Below are positions 36,891 to 50,875 of a DNA stretch of 64,000 bases, piece after piece. The translations under genes were made by a program, and so were the position numbers. The stretch's first letter is position 1; every line of letters begins with the position of its first letter. Under the pieces are notes generated by a model, which did not search any database, was not told the DNA's origin, and worked only from the letters and a program-made list of their open reading frames with translations. This stretch comes from Mobula hypostoma (lineage: Eukaryota): positions 202,060,001-202,124,000 of the forward strand of contig NC_086097.1 of assembly GCF_963921235.1 (NCBI RefSeq). Direction: 5' to 3'.

Positions 36891-37185
36891 GCTCTCTCTC
36901 CCCTCGCTCCCTTGCGCTCGCTCGCTCGTTCCCTCCCTCCCCCTCTCTCTCTCTCTTCCTCCCTCCCTCCCTCCCTCTCGCTCGCTCTTTCTCTCTCTCT
37001 CTCCCACTCTCCCACTCTCTCTCTCTCTCGCCCTCTCTCTCTCGGCCCCCCGAGCTGCCACCGACGGAGCGCGAACGCCGGGTTTCCCTGCTCCACGAGC
37101 GCTTCCCTTTTTGTTTCGAGCTTCACCATTGGACAGCGGAACAAAAGTTTCTCTGGCGACGGCCAATCAATGATGTCACGTACAG
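36680..37185 (-). promoter_or_regulatory. NOL4 CpG-island promoter / 5' UTR
   Basis: CpG-rich; CCAAT boxes at 37128-37132 (reverse) and 37163-37167; CRE-like TGATGTCA at 37171-37178. Confidence 0.7.
36864..37042. repeat. Compound (CT)n/(CCCT)n polypyrimidine-polypurine tract
   Basis: About 180 bp, almost purely pyrimidine on the plus strand. Confidence 0.95.
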
Positions 37186-37784
37186 CTGTCCCATTTAGGA
37201 ATACAGTGCAACACGCATGCCTTCTGCACTGTGACAGCACTGCACATTCAACAGCTGATACAGGTGAATCCGCACATTGTGCATTTTCAAAAGAAACAAT
37301 AATTGTCATGATATTACGACAAAAAAGAAAACGATAAACAAAATAATCTTATATCACGAAAATATTAGCATTTAATTATGTTTCCATTTAATTCAATTTT
37401 CTGTACTTCACATTAAATAATCAAAACACTCAGTAAGAATACTGCAAACATAGGTCTCGGTCTCAAAATATTAGATATCCAGACTAATCGGTCAATTTCG
37501 CGTTTCAGAGTTCTTTTTCTGAGGCAAATGCTTGCCGTTGAAGAAGGTGATTTGATGCCAGCTCGTCTCGGGTTTTGAAATAACTTATATATGAACAATC
37601 TGGGTTCGGTGAATTTGGCTATTGATGGTGTTTGACCAGGGTGAATTATCCGGAGTGCTGTGGTCTTTCCATGTTTGCCCCAATCTCTGCTTCAACTCAT
37701 CACAAAGATTACAAATGTTGATTGCCTTCAACGATCCGTCTCACTTTTGAATGGTCACGGACCAATAATTCCGATAAATTAGTG

Positions 37785-37870
37785 CAACACACATCAAAGT
37801 TGCTGGTGAACGAAGCTGGCCAGGCAGCATCTCCAGGAAGAGGTGCAGTCGACGTTTCGAGCCGAGACTC
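37785..37870 (-). mobile_element. 86-bp PLE 3'-terminal insertion truncated inside the hammerhead
   Basis: Matches the PLE terminus; TSD TTAGTG (37779-37784, 37871-37876). Confidence 0.85.
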
Positions 37871-39679
37871 TTAGTGGGTTGGTTACAGCTTTTCATGAAG
37901 ATTTCAATAATGTTTCTCACTACTTTTCATGATCTTTCAATGCAAAGTTGAGGATAGAGTGATTCTTTGCGGGGGGGGTTATTTTAACTTTCTGGATGCC
38001 TCAGTTTTCTTGATATTTAAAATTTTATTTTTGGTTCCTTTGGCAGTCTGTTGTCAAGCATGCAAACCATGTAGCCACAACTATAATTGAATGAGGGTGA
38101 GCACTGTTTTGATGTTGTAGATTTCATTCTGGGAGAGGGCATGGTCTTTGGTTCTGTTTATTTAGCTAATGGACTTTTTTTGGTGATACCTTTTTAAAGT
38201 TTTTCTTTACTGCTTTGAGGTTGCTTCTGCAGATTAAATAAGTATCTGTGCATGGTTTCTTCCCTTGTGCAATGGTCATTGCACATCACCTCCCAAATGG
38301 ACTTAGATTAATGCCAAGGAAATCCAAGGCAACTGAAGACTAGATTACTTTGCATGAGGGGCATGAATGTCCATGTGTACTCCGTGAATCATATTGTCCT
38401 TTCTTACACACAGAGATGGATGCAAAACATTCAAACTTTTGTACATCCCTCCCATAATCTATCTTCTCCCAATGTAGTTCTTGCTTCAGTCTCTTATCTC
38501 CCACAGCTCTCTCCAGTAGCCTCTAACTCTCTCAACCATATTCCCTCTTACTCCCCTCCTCCCACCCTCCATCTTTCCTCACTATCACCCCTGCCTTCGG
38601 ACATTCTCCCACACCCTCCCTCCCTGCACTCCACAACAATTCCTTTCCACTTCACCTCAGCTTTCCTAACATTCTAACCATTGGTTTCTTCACCTCTTGG
38701 CATTGTGATCACCCCCAGCTCACCCATTCTACTCTCAAAATAGGTTTGGCCTTCTTTTAATTGCCAAATGTTTACTTTGAGATCTACAGGTGACAAATGT
38801 TTGGATCTGGAATAAAAACAAATTTGGGGGACGAAGACATGGTGTGTGTGTGGGGGGGGAGGCAAAAATTAGGGTGCAGCTTTGTAGATAAGCAGCAACC
38901 CCAGATAACTGAATATGGATTTATTTCTTTGTTTTGTGGAGATGTGCACTATTAGCATCTATTTTGAATGGTCTCTGCAGAAGCAAATGTGAATTTTGTT
39001 ATTTGGTCACCCAAATTGGCTCTCTTACACAGTGAGTGGGCATTACACAGAGTACAGGTGGGCATTCAAGCCCCTCCCTGACCTCAGATGAGTTTGTGAC
39101 AGCTAACAAGACTAATAGTCCTCAAAACAAACACCAACTCTTTATTTAAACAGCACTAATTGATCTTTAGGGGTGAAAATGCGATTTCTTTTTTGGACAG
39201 CATCCAGGAGGTCCCATAGCCAGTCGCTTTCACTGCTGTTCTGCAGGTTATGAGGAGCAGCTGGATTCACATTCTGAACTTTGGGCACAGATCTCTGCCA
39301 AAAGGTGGGTTTAAAAAGGTGCCTGGAGAGCATCCAAGTAAATGTCCTGAAATGGAACTCCATTCAATGTCAGGCAGAGAAAACTTTAGGATACACATTC
39401 GCCTAATCTGCACCCTGGAAACAACAAGAGAGGACAGTCGAGGTTTATGTAAATAATATGCACTTTGTCCATGGTATGCAAGAACGGGGAAATTATCATT
39501 GTGTGAATCATTGATCAAATAAATGCAAATTTCAAAGTTTAAATGGAGTCTATCATGCTTCTTAAACTGAGAGAAATAATGGCAGGCAATAGTTATCCTA
39601 ACCTTACAGAAGATTGTGTTTTAATTTGCAAAATTATTGTACTTTTCATGTAGACTAAACAGATGTTCAACAAACATGA

Positions 39680-40030
39680 GGTCCTCCATTTGTCAGGGTC
39701 AACCATGGATATTGCATCCAGCTATCTATGTGATAGGTAACCCAGGGCAGTACGATATAGAAAGCAAGCTATTGTCTTTGCATCAGCTGCCCCCTATCCA
39801 TGCAGCTGATGAATCAAAAAGAATGGCAGAAATTGATACAGTTTGGCACTAGCAGCATTACAGGACTTGCCAGTCAGCATTGAACTCAACGTTTGACTTC
39901 CTTAGGGACTTCAGCTCTGGATTTTTCTTTGGGGTTTACTCCCAAAACCTTCCCCATGAGTGGGTATAGCCAGAAGGCTGCAGGGGTTTGAGACAAAAGT
40001 TTTCTTTCTCCTCGATGAGCTACTAACCTC
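39680..40030 (-). mobile_element. Second copy of the 32495-33070 repeat
   Basis: Reverse-complement match (GTCAGGGTCAACCATGGAT...CCTTCCCCATGAGTGGGTAT). Confidence 0.7.
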
Positions 40031-40350
40031 CTCGGTGAGCCCTATTTGTCCAAACATTGAACAAACCTAGCCTTAAGGAAAATGCATAAAAGTGAAGGAG
40101 TGCACAACTGGATGCAACCTGAGAGACTAATAAAGTAATGTCATCAAATGAGTGGCAACTGAGGGCAACTGCTTGTACAACAGGGCATGATGGGTCTGGT
40201 TTTGGTCACCACACATGACAAATGAAGGAGCTTTGGACAGGGTGCAGAAGAGGGCCACTATACTTATTGCCAATATAAAACATGGTGATTAGACACACCA
40301 CCAGGAGACTACACTTCAGATAAACGTTGACTAAGAAGTATGGTCTAGAT

Positions 40351-40429
40351 CATCGGTCACCACCCTGGGGATCCACGGCCCCTTGCTTAACGATATAGGT
40401 CCATGGCATAAAAAGGTTGGAAGCCCTTG
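40351..40429 (-). mobile_element. hAT/Charlie-type MITE, degenerate
   Basis: Reverse match to the 58365-59116 MITE, preceded by a TCTAGA target. Confidence 0.6.
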
Positions 40430-41849
40430 AATTATCACTTAGACTCTAAATGATAGTGGAGGGAATATATATTTTTTTGTTTTCCAAAGGTATGGTGCTC
40501 ACACAGCAGTTTCTGAACTAGTAATCTTGTGCTCTGGGCTGAAAATCAAGACACTCAGTTTCAGACCCCATTTTGGCAGCCATGGAATTTAAAATAGTTT
40601 AATTATCTGTGGTTTAAACTAGAAAATTAGAATGAAGAACATGAAAAGAACAGTTGTTGTAGAAATCCATCTATTTCACTGATGTCCTTTCCAAGGGAGA
40701 AAACCTAAGATTCCTTAACTGTTCTGGCCAATAGCTAACTGGCCAAGTAGAATGGAAGCCACCTACTTGGATCATTATTGCTATTTCGCGACAGATACAG
40801 CATAAAATCAGACAGACTACCTACCATTGACCTGGACAATGAATTCAGACATAGCAAGGTCATTCCGAGCCTAATAAACTTGCAAAGTCCTCTTCATGAA
40901 CATCTGGACATCGCTGACTAAATGAAGGGAGTTTTCCCAGAGACTAGTCAAGTAATAGCCAAACCCAATAGTACTCACCAGATTATACCTTGTAAACAAG
41001 ACTCCTCCATCATCATCCCTAGGAACATCTTGTCTCACTGGCAGGACCATAACAGCATTTCAAAGATACATAGACAGGTATGTGGATAGGAAAGGTTTAG
41101 AAAGAGGCAAGTGGGGACAAATAGGATTGGCTTCGAAGTGCATCTAGGGTGACATGGATGAGTTGGGTCAGGAGGCCTACTTAGATACTGCATTATTCTT
41201 TGACTCTATGACAAGCACACTGTATAAAGGTATACTAACAGAGGGAGGAGCCCTGGGAGCTCTCAACATTGACCCTTGATCCCATAATTCTTATTGCCTG
41301 GGACATGGCCAAAGCAGCATCCCCCTTATTCCCACCTATTAATCTTCCCTTAGCTGATGCAGATTCCTCCACAATGAACAACATTTGCTTGCAGCATCAG
41401 AAGTTGTAAGGACACAGAATGTGATCAGGGTAGGATTCAACATCATCTATAGTGGCCTGGCAGTATCTCTTCCAGTTGAATCCTGAGGGAGGCTGGTTTC
41501 CAGATTAGGTCTGCAGTAGCTGAATGAACAAAAGAATGTACTTGATCTGGCCCTCACTAATCTTTCTGTGGCAACTCCATCTACCCATAACATTGGTAGA
41601 AGAGAAAGTCACACAGATTTTGTGAAACAAAGTCCCATCTTCATTTTATGGACACTTTCTATGTGTTACAGGAACTACACTTATGCTAAATATGATAAAC
41701 TCAGTTTTAATTTAGAAGTTCAAAGTTTGGTCTTAATTATGTTGCTCCATTCATATTTGCAGAAATGTACACCATCATGATGTATAATCACATGGGCCAC
41801 ATATGTCACTCAAGCCAAGGATCAACCTATTTCAAAGAGAGACATTCTC

Positions 41850-41972
41850 TTATTCTGTCTTCTTCCCCCTTCCTTTCCAGCCTTGCCCAAAATGTTAACT
41901 ATTTATTCCTTTCAATGGATGCTGCCTGATGTGCTGAGTTCCTCCAGAACTTTGATGTGTTATTCTGGATTT
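41850..41972 (+). mobile_element. Degenerate PLE 3' terminus
   Basis: ATGGATGCTGCCTGATGTGCTGAGTTCCTCCAG; the hammerhead core is lost. Confidence 0.6.
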
Positions 41973-41974
41973 AG

Positions 41975-43155
41975 AAGAATCAGATTTATTATCACCAGCA
42001 TGTGACGTGAAATTTGTTAACTTAACCACAGCGGTTCAATATACTACATAATCTAGCAGAGAGAAAAAAATAAAATAAAATAAAAATATTAATAAATAAG
42101 TAAATCAATTACAGCATACGCATATTGAATAGATTAAAACAACAGAAATACCATATATTTAAAAAAGTGAGGTAGTGTCCAAGGGTGCAATGTCCATTTG
42201 GGAATCAGATGGCAGAGGGGAGGAAGCTGTTCCTGAATAGCTGAATGTGTGCTTTCAGGCTTCTGTATCTCCTACCTGATGGTAACAGTGAGAAAAGGGC
42301 ATGCCCTGGGTGCTGGAGGTCCTTAATAATGGACGCTACCTTTCTGAGACACCGCTCCCTAAAGATGTCCTGGTACTTTGTAGGCTAGTACACAAGATGG
42401 AGCTGACTAGATTTACAAACCTCTGCAGGTTCTTTTTATCCTGTGCAGTAGCCCCTCCATACCAGACAGCGATGCAGCCTGTCAGAATGCTCTCCATGGT
42501 ACATCTATAGAAGTTTTTGACTATTGTTGACATGCCAAATCTCTTCAAATTCCTAATAAAATATAGCTGCTGTCTTGCCTTCTTTACAACTACATCAATA
42601 TGTTGGGACCAGGTTAGATCCTCAGAGATCTTGACACTCAGGACCTTAAAACTGCTCACTCTCTCCACTTCTGATCCCTCTAAGAGGATTGGTATCTGTT
42701 CCTTCATCTTACCCTTCCCTGAAGTCCACAATCAGCTCTTTCATCTTACTGATGTCGAGTGCCAGGTTGTTGCTACAGCACCACTCCATTAGTCAGCACA
42801 GCTCACTCCTGTACGCCCTCTCATCACCACCTGAGATTCTACCAACAATGGTTGTATCGTCAGCAAATTCGTAGATGGTACTTGAGTTATGCCTAGCCAC
42901 ACAGTCATGGGTATATAGAGAGTAGAGCAGTGGGCTAAGCACGCACCCTTGAGGTGCACCAGTGTTGATCGTCAGCAAGGAGGAGATGTTATCACCAATC
43001 CACACAGATTGTGGTCTTCCGTTAGGAAGCTGAGGATCCAGTTGCAGATGGAAGTACAGAGGCCCAAGTTCTGCAACTTCCCAATCAGGATTTGTGGGAA
43101 TGATGGTATTAAATGCTGAGTTATAGTCGAAGAACAACATCCTGACATAGGGTTT
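41975..43155 (-). mobile_element. Rex1/Babar LINE RT and 3' end
   Basis: [36 protein letters not shown] and FADDTT. Confidence 0.9.
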
Positions 43156-43529
43156 ATTAGAAATCATTGCCTTCTTGCAGTCAGGAAACCACAGAATAAC
43201 ATTTAATAGGATCTTAAAAATCAACAAGACCAGAAATAATCTACTTATTTTAAAATAAACCGAAATGTAATAAAATGGAATATCCAAAGCAAATAACATG
43301 ACTGCTGCTGATTAACATTTCAGATGAAGGCAAATGGTAATATCCTTTCATAGTATCATGCCAATCGCAAGAATAAGTACATTCCTAAAAATCAGCAAAC
43401 AAATCAAACAAATGTGATCCTATATATTTTTAATTAGAAATAAGGTAAAATTAAAAATGGTGAGGAGTATTAAGGAGTGGAGTAAAGCAAACTTACAGCG
43501 CCATTCACAACTCTGAATATTCTGAGGTA

Positions 43530-45190
43530 TTTTACAACCACATGTCATGCACCACAGAAACAGGCCTTCAGACCAACCCATCCATGATATGATCAAGAGG
43601 TTATCTAAGCTGGACCCATAACCCTCTATTTTTTTCCTATCCATGTACTTGTCTAAATTTCAGTTAAATGTTGTTATTGTACCTGCTTCAACCACGTTCT
43701 CTGACAGCTTGTTACATATACATACCAATTATTGTGTGGCAAAAGTTCCTTCAGGTTCCAATTAAATCTTTCTCCTCTCCCTTTAAACCTACATCCCCAG
43801 CCCTGGGGAAAAGACTGTGAGTGTTCACCTTATCTATGCCCCATGATTTTATACATCTCCATGTAGTCACCACTCGGTCTCTTAAGCTCCAGTAAATGAG
43901 AATTTCTTCTCTAGTTTATCACATAATTCTGGGACATACATCATTAGGCCTTAGTATTTATGTACCTTCATAAGATTTAATACACCCAGTACCTCCTTTT
44001 ACTGTTATGTAGACTATCCTCAAGACATCCCTATTGAATTTTCCATTCCCATGTCTTTCTCCGTAGTTTGTCTGGCAAGACCAAGGCAAGCCTGAGGAAA
44101 CTTTCCAGAACTCACTGAACAAATTTCACCATATCTAAACCTTTAGCACGACAGCAGTCCCAAACTACAATAGGAAAGTTAAAATCCTCTACTATGACAA
44201 CTCTGTTTTTCTTGCATCTCTCCACAACATCCCTGCATATTTGTTACTTTAATTCCCATTGACCAGTTGGGAACCTATCATGCTATCCCAACATGATGAT
44301 CATCCTCTTCTTACTTCTCAAACTCCAGCCATAAAACCTTACTAGATGATCATTCAATAATTTTATCTATGACTACTGCCGTAACGTTTTACACAATCAA
44401 AAATGCAACTTGCCCTCCTTCCTTTCCTTCACCTCCAAAGAACCTTCACCTATACCACAAATATAAAGCTGCCAGCCTCATCCTTCCCTTAGCCACGTTT
44501 CTGTGACAGCTCCCAGTTCCCTGTTGCCCCGAGTTAATCCATTTTACCTGTCAGGCCTCTTGTATTAAAATAAATACAGTTTAATCCAACTGCATTTCCT
44601 CATTCCCTGCCATGTTCCTGCCTGTTGTGCCTGCTGAACTTGCTGTTGTTGACCTCTGCATCAGCTTCCAACCTCTGATTTGCCTTACTATTGCTTTGGA
44701 TCCAACCTTTGCACAAACCTAATTTAAATCCTCCCTAGTAGCATAAGCAAATCTACCAACCAGGAAATTGGCCCCCCTCCAATTTATACAGGTTACTCCC
44801 ACCCCAAAAGATCCAAATGGTCCAAAAATAGGAAGTTTCTGCTCCCTTCACCAACTCTTCAACCATTCATCTGGATGCTCCTCCTTCTGCCCTTACTAGC
44901 ACATGACTCCAGGAGTAATCCAGAGATTACTACCTGCGAGGCCCATTTTTTAAGTGTTTTGCCTAACTCCCTACATTCTCTCCATAGGATTTTATCCCTT
45001 TGTCATTTGTGCCACCGTGCATAGTGACTTCTAGCTGCTCATCCTCCTTGAGAATGTTCTGCAGCTGTTTGGAGACATATTCAACCCTGGCACCAGGGAG
45101 GCTACACACCATCCTGGAATCCCATTTGCAGCTACACAGTATCCTGTTTGCCCTTCTATTAATTCTCATATTACTACAGCCCTGTCTGAC
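43530..45190 (-). mobile_element. CR1 fragments (3' end and ORF1/APE)
   Basis: MVCSLPGARVEYVSKQLQNILK and HGGTND (SGNH-like); reverse CR1 3' sequence at 43530-43900. Confidence 0.7.
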
Positions 45191-45194
45191 TTCA

Positions 45195-46505
45195 AAGTCA
45201 AGGTCGTTTATTGTCATATGCATAAGTAGATATGTGCACAGTGCAATGAAAAACATACTTGCAGCAGTATCACAGGCACCTAGCATCATGTAAGCAGCAT
45301 TCACATAAATTATACACAATGTTTACAAGAAAGAACAGAATTAGAATAAAAAGAAACAATGCCCATTGTAATGCAAAGTGGTCAAAATGATTACAGAGTT
45401 GCTCTACCAAATTAGTGATTAGAGTTGAGCAGGTTGATTCAAGAACTGGATGAACTGGTGGTGTGGGATGTCAGGCTGTTGTACCCGCTGCCCGAGAGTA
45501 GCTGCAAGAAGTGGCATGTCCTGGGCCTTTGATGACCGATGTTACCTTCTTGAGGCAGCACCTCACGTAGATGTAACCAATTGTAGGAAGGAATGTGCCA
45601 CTGATGTAATGGGCTGAGTCCACCACTCCCTGCAGTGTCTTATATTCTTGTGCATTTGAATTTCCACGCCAGCCCAGGATTCTTTCAACAGTACATCTGT
45701 AGAAGTTTGTCAGAGTGATTGGTCACAAATCAAACCTCCTTAACTGGCTAAGGAATTAAAGATGCTGATGCACCTTCCTTGCAGTTGCATCCATGTGCTG
45801 AACCCAGGACAGGCAGGTCACCTGACAGGTTAACACCCAGGAATTTAAAGCTGCTGACCTCTCCACAACCGATCCACCGATGTAGACTGCCACATGTTCA
45901 CCCCTTTCTCTTCCATAAGTCAACAGTTCTTTAGTTTTATTGACAGTGAGGAAGAGGTTGTTGTTGCAGCACCATTCAACCAGGTGTCCCATCGTGCTCC
46001 TGGTACACCGACCAATCACCACCTATAAGCCATCCTGCTACAGAGGTTCTTCATAGCCATTCAGTAAAACGTGTATATAGAGTTGAGCACACGGCCTTTA
46101 AGGGTGAAAAAGAGGAGAAGATGTTGTTACCAATGTTCATTAATTGACATCTGCAGAAGGAAGTGAAGTATCCAAATGCAGAGGGAGGTAAAACAACCCA
46201 GGTCTTAAAGCTTGATGAGGAGTTTGGATGGGATAATTGTGCTGAACGCCAAAATGTAAGCGATGAACTGAACCCTGACCTACGTGTTCCTGTTGTTCAG
46301 ATAGTCTAGAACAGAGTGAAGAGCCAGAGAAATTGCATCTGCTGTTGACCAGTTATGAAAGTAGACAAAATGAAGTAAATCCAGGTAAACTCTGAGGAAA
46401 GAGTCGATTCATGTCATAATCACCCTTCGAAGCACTTCATTTCAGTTAATGTAAGTGCGATCATTGAGGCAGTGGTAAAATAGATGGCTTTTTAAAGCAG
46501 GTGGA
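45195..46505 (-). mobile_element. Rex1/Babar fragment
   Basis: LVEWCCNNNLFLTVNKTKEL, with the tail at ~45195. Confidence 0.75.
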
Positions 46506-47477
46506 ACCTCAAACTGCAGAATCAACTGCTTCAAGTATTTCTGTAATTATTCCAGCAAGTTTACTCTCTTAAAGGATGCCCAGACATCAGGCAGAGAGAC
46601 TGAATTTATAGGGTTTTGGTGCCTCTGTTGCTACTTCCTCCTGAATAGTCACCTCCCACCCCCAAACAATCGTGTACAGGATTCAAAATGGTATAAAGGT
46701 TTTCAAGGGGATTGGCCACTGGATAATCCTGCACTCTTTGTCAATCACTGCTCTGGAACCTCAACAACAGAATCTTGCAAAATGGCCACCCCACTGTACT
46801 TGTCTTGCATTTATTGGCTAGTGTACCCTTGCAAGAACCCAATCAGAAATGCTTCCTCGGTCCTAGTTTTATAGTAGATTAGGCTTTCTGTGCTGCTGTT
46901 CTTCTCTGCCTTCTAGCTTGAAAACACATGTGCATACTGTGTTCATTTAAACTTTCCCACTGCTGCACCACTCCACTTCCTTTCCTAGCTTGAAAATGTA
47001 CTTTTTAAAGTTTAGCCTCTGTATAAGAAACACAGTAGCCAATTTACATGCAGCAAGCTCCTGCAAACTGCAAGATGTTAACAGACAAATAAACTTATTC
47101 AAGGTTGTTAATAAAGACATAAACTGTGGCTAGGATATTATAAGTAATTTCCCAATCCTACTTTTAAATAACTGCAAGGAAACTTTCATCTGAGAGAAGG
47201 AATGGGATGAGGATATTATGTCTCATCAAACAGATGATACTTCTCACAAAGCAGCATTTCCTCAGAACTTCATTTAAATGTCAGCCTAGATATTTTTCAG
47301 CATGCCTTTTGAATGGGACTAAAATCTTAACCTTGATTCAAAGTTGAGAGAGCTTCTTCGAAAAGAGGTTCACATGAATCAGTTTTTTGGCATTTCTCCA
47401 TGGTTTGGCCATTCTCACTGCAAGTAAACAGTATGTTAGCTGCCTCCTGCTATGTTTTTTGAATGGAGACCCTCTCT

Positions 47478-48015
47478 TTACTTGAGGAAGGATATACTGG
47501 CTTTGGAGGCGGTGCAGAGGAGGTTCACTAGGTTGATTCCAGAGATGAGGGGGTTAGGCTATGGGGAGAGATTGAGTCACCTGGGACTGTAGTCACTGGA
47601 ATTCAGAAGGATGAGAGGAGTTCATATAGAAACATATAAAATTTTGAAAGGGATAGATAGGATGGAGGCAGGAAAGTTGTTTCCACTTTGGTAGATGAGA
47701 CTAGAACTCGGGGACATAGCCTCAAGATTTGGGAGAGTAAACTTAGGGCAGAGATGCGGAGGAACTGCTTTTCCCAAAGAGTGATCAATCTGTGGAATTC
47801 TCTGCCCAATGAAGCAGTGAAGGTGACCTCAGTAAACATATTTAAGACAAAGTTGGATAGATTTTTGCATAATAGGGGATTTATGGCTTATGGGGAAAAG
47901 ACAGGTGGGTGGAGATGAGTCCATGATCAGATCAGCCATGATCTTATTGAATGGTGGAGCAGCCTCAGCAGTACAGATGACCTACTCCTGCTCCTATTTC
48001 TTATGTTCTTTGTTC
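47478..48015 (+). mobile_element. CR1 3' fragment
   Basis: TRGHSLKI and FSQRVINLWNSLP, with a (TTCTTATG)-type tail. Confidence 0.9.
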
Positions 48016-49504
48016 CTTATCATGCTACTTCCCAGCATATGGAACCTCCCCCTTGCATCTATCAGAACCACATGTACCTCGGTGCCCTCTGCAAGAACTC
48101 TATCCTCCACCTGCACAGTCCGTCAGTCTCCATCTCCATCATGTGCCCTGCTCTTGTCTGACTGTGGACCCTTAAGAGCTGATGTCTCTGAAGAAATTAC
48201 ATAGAACAATCTCTGCGACGAAACTAAATTGGGTGAAGTACATTTGGGAGCAGTGCAATCTCATTTTAATGCATAGTAATAGTATTAATGATTCTGTAGA
48301 TAGTACTATTGGACAATTTGGATTTTTTTTTTGCAAATTTAGTGCAGTAAAAAACAATGAGATGCAATTTCTACACAAATGTATTTTGAATTCCAAATAG
48401 ACCATCACATAAAATGCTGACGATAAAGCTGAGAATTTTGAGATTAGTGTAAATACATCAGAATGAAAAGGAATACAGGTTTTTTTGCCCCATTTCAGGA
48501 CAACAATGAATTCTAACTTTCATAAAAAACCTAAATCCCAAAGCAGAAGAAAAGAATAAGCAGTTCAGAAATTACAGTACAAGTTGCATTAAAGTTCATC
48601 TGGTTGATGAACTTTAATGGACATGTAAGGAGCTACAAATACATAGAAAATATCAGGTGTGTAAACTCAATGGAATGTTGAAATATCTAAAATATTTAAT
48701 TAAACACTATAATATACTGTAAATCAAAATCAAATTTAGATTGATTTAAAATATAATTTAGTAATCCAAGATCCAGACAATCTACTTCTTGAACATTGAA
48801 TCAGCCTAACTCTAGTCAAGTTCAGCAGACAGTTTGATTCACCAAATTATTGCTTTGAGTTAGGATCCTCAGTGAAAAGATAGGCTCAAGAAACAGTGTT
48901 AGAAATTCATAAATAAGTGAAAACCTGCCATTTACTATACAAGAAACTACACACATTTTTGTCAAAGATATGGTGGTGGTGGGGTGATATTCTAATGCAC
49001 GTTATGTGCAATGAATCAAATATATTAGAAATATAAATTTGGTGCATGAAATGCATATTTGGCCCAAAGCTGTGACATCAGTGCCACTGTCTCTTCCTGT
49101 CATCACAATATACAAATTGTCAATTCCCAAAAAGTTCTGTCACAATTTCACTCAAATGGATATTGCATAATGAAGAGAGACACACATGCCTCCACATATA
49201 AAAGGAGATCATGCCATCAGAGGAGGCACCCAGAAGCCCTATTGTAATCTTTGGAGTATTCAAAGAGAATAAAGTTATGTCTTCATTTTCAAACTCTGCT
49301 ATTGGTCCAGAGAAGGACAATTCCTCCCGTGATGAGAGATTGGTCTAATCTAAATCCACACTGTTCACGGATAGGATAATCATTTGTCAGTTTGTCAATC
49401 CCGCATTGCTTGCCAAATGACATCACTGCACATGACCAATGACCTCCATGCAGAAGCAGTTCATGAAAGTGCTGAGGGCTACAACATAATTTTAAAACTT
49501 TTAT

Positions 49505-49752
49505 TTAAAGGTACAGCACAATAATAGGTCCTCCCGGCCTATGAGCTCACACTGTCCCATTACAACCATGTGACCAATAAACCTACAAACATCTACATCC
49601 TTGTAATGTGGGAGGAAACCAGAGCACCTGGAGAAAATCCACGCAATCATAGGCAGAACATACCAACTCCTTATAGTCAGCAGTAGCAATTGAACCCAGG
49701 TCACCGTTATTGTAACAGCTTCTAGCTAACTGCTACAATACCGTGCTACCCT
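49505..49752 (-). mobile_element. V-SINE (HE1-like)
   Basis: Reverse V-domain GTGGGAGGAAACCAGAGCACCTGGAGAAAATCCAC and a tRNA-like head. Confidence 0.8.
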
Positions 49753-50369
49753 GAAATTTCTGAAAGCACAGTCTGTTGAACAACTAGCACATCCAATAAA
49801 GATATAATTTATAGAAGCATAAAATGTGAATTTAGAATAGAATAAAATAAACTATGGATTTTAACAAGACAAAACAGAGTCATATATGAGAGAATATACA
49901 CCTTCTTCACTGGAAGTCAAGATTTAAAATAAACATCCAAGTAAAGTTAAGGAAAAAAACCATTACCACTATTTAGGAATCAAATTGTGTGTTATAGTAA
50001 AGTTCAAAAGGCTCTCTCAGGTTAGATGAATCAGTGAAAACTGCACGTGTTTTCTTAACCATCATTATCACCCTATCTTGCAAATATCAATTGATTAGGA
50101 ATTGTTGAGGAATAATTACAAATATAAAATAAGCATGAGCAAATCACCAACATCTGCAAAAAGAACAGAATTAAAATAAATTACATTAACTATTTTGGTT
50201 ACGTAATAAAATGTTAAAAAAACTATGTACAAAAACTTGAGGTATAGGAGCTGTGGTGAAGCAAGGAGATTAAAATAACCATGTGCACAATGCCAGAGCA
50301 GAGATATAAAACTTGATCAAAATAGTTAATTCACCCATATTTTTAAAGGATTTTAAGTTTTGCATTAAG

Positions 50370-50875
50370 GGGCCACTTCAACTCTGCTTCCCACTCCCAT
50401 TCAGAAATGTCCATGCATGGCCTCCTCTACTGCCATGATGAGGCGAAATTCAGGTTGGAGGAACACACCTCATATACCGTCTAGGTAGTCTCCAACCCCT
50501 TGGTATGAACATAGAATTCTCCAACTTTCGGTAATTCCCTCCCCCTCCCTTCCTCTATCTCTATGTCACTCTGCCCCTTCCCCCAGCTGCCTATCACCTC
50601 CCTCATGGTTCCACCTCCTTCTACTATCCATTGTGTTTTCCCCTATTCCTTCTTCACCTTTCCTGCCTATCACCTCCCTGCTTCCCCTCCCCCACCCCTT
50701 TATCTTTCCCCTTACTGGTTTTTCACCTAGAACCTACCAGCCTTCTCCTTTCCACCTTCTTTATAGGGCCTCTGCCCCTTCCCTCTACAGTCCTGACAAA
50801 GGGTTCCGGCCCGAAACGTCGACCGATCTTTTCCACGGATGCTGCCCGACCTGCTGAGTTCCTCCAGCGTGTTGT
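50370..50875 (+). mobile_element. PLE 3' fragment of a different subfamily, with a mutated hammerhead at 50788-50825
   Basis: GIY-YIG tail (LGSLQPLGMNIEFSNFR). CAGTCCTGACAAAGGGTTCCGGCCCGAAACGTCGACCG has core G8 changed to A. Confidence 0.85.

Noticed and set aside
37118..37140. REST/RE1-like site (CACCATTGGACAGCG)
   Set aside because: Only the right half-site matches; the left half and spacing are poor.
36715..37337. Long RE-rich and SL-rich ORFs on both strands
   Set aside because: Translations of the (CT)n/(GA)n tract.
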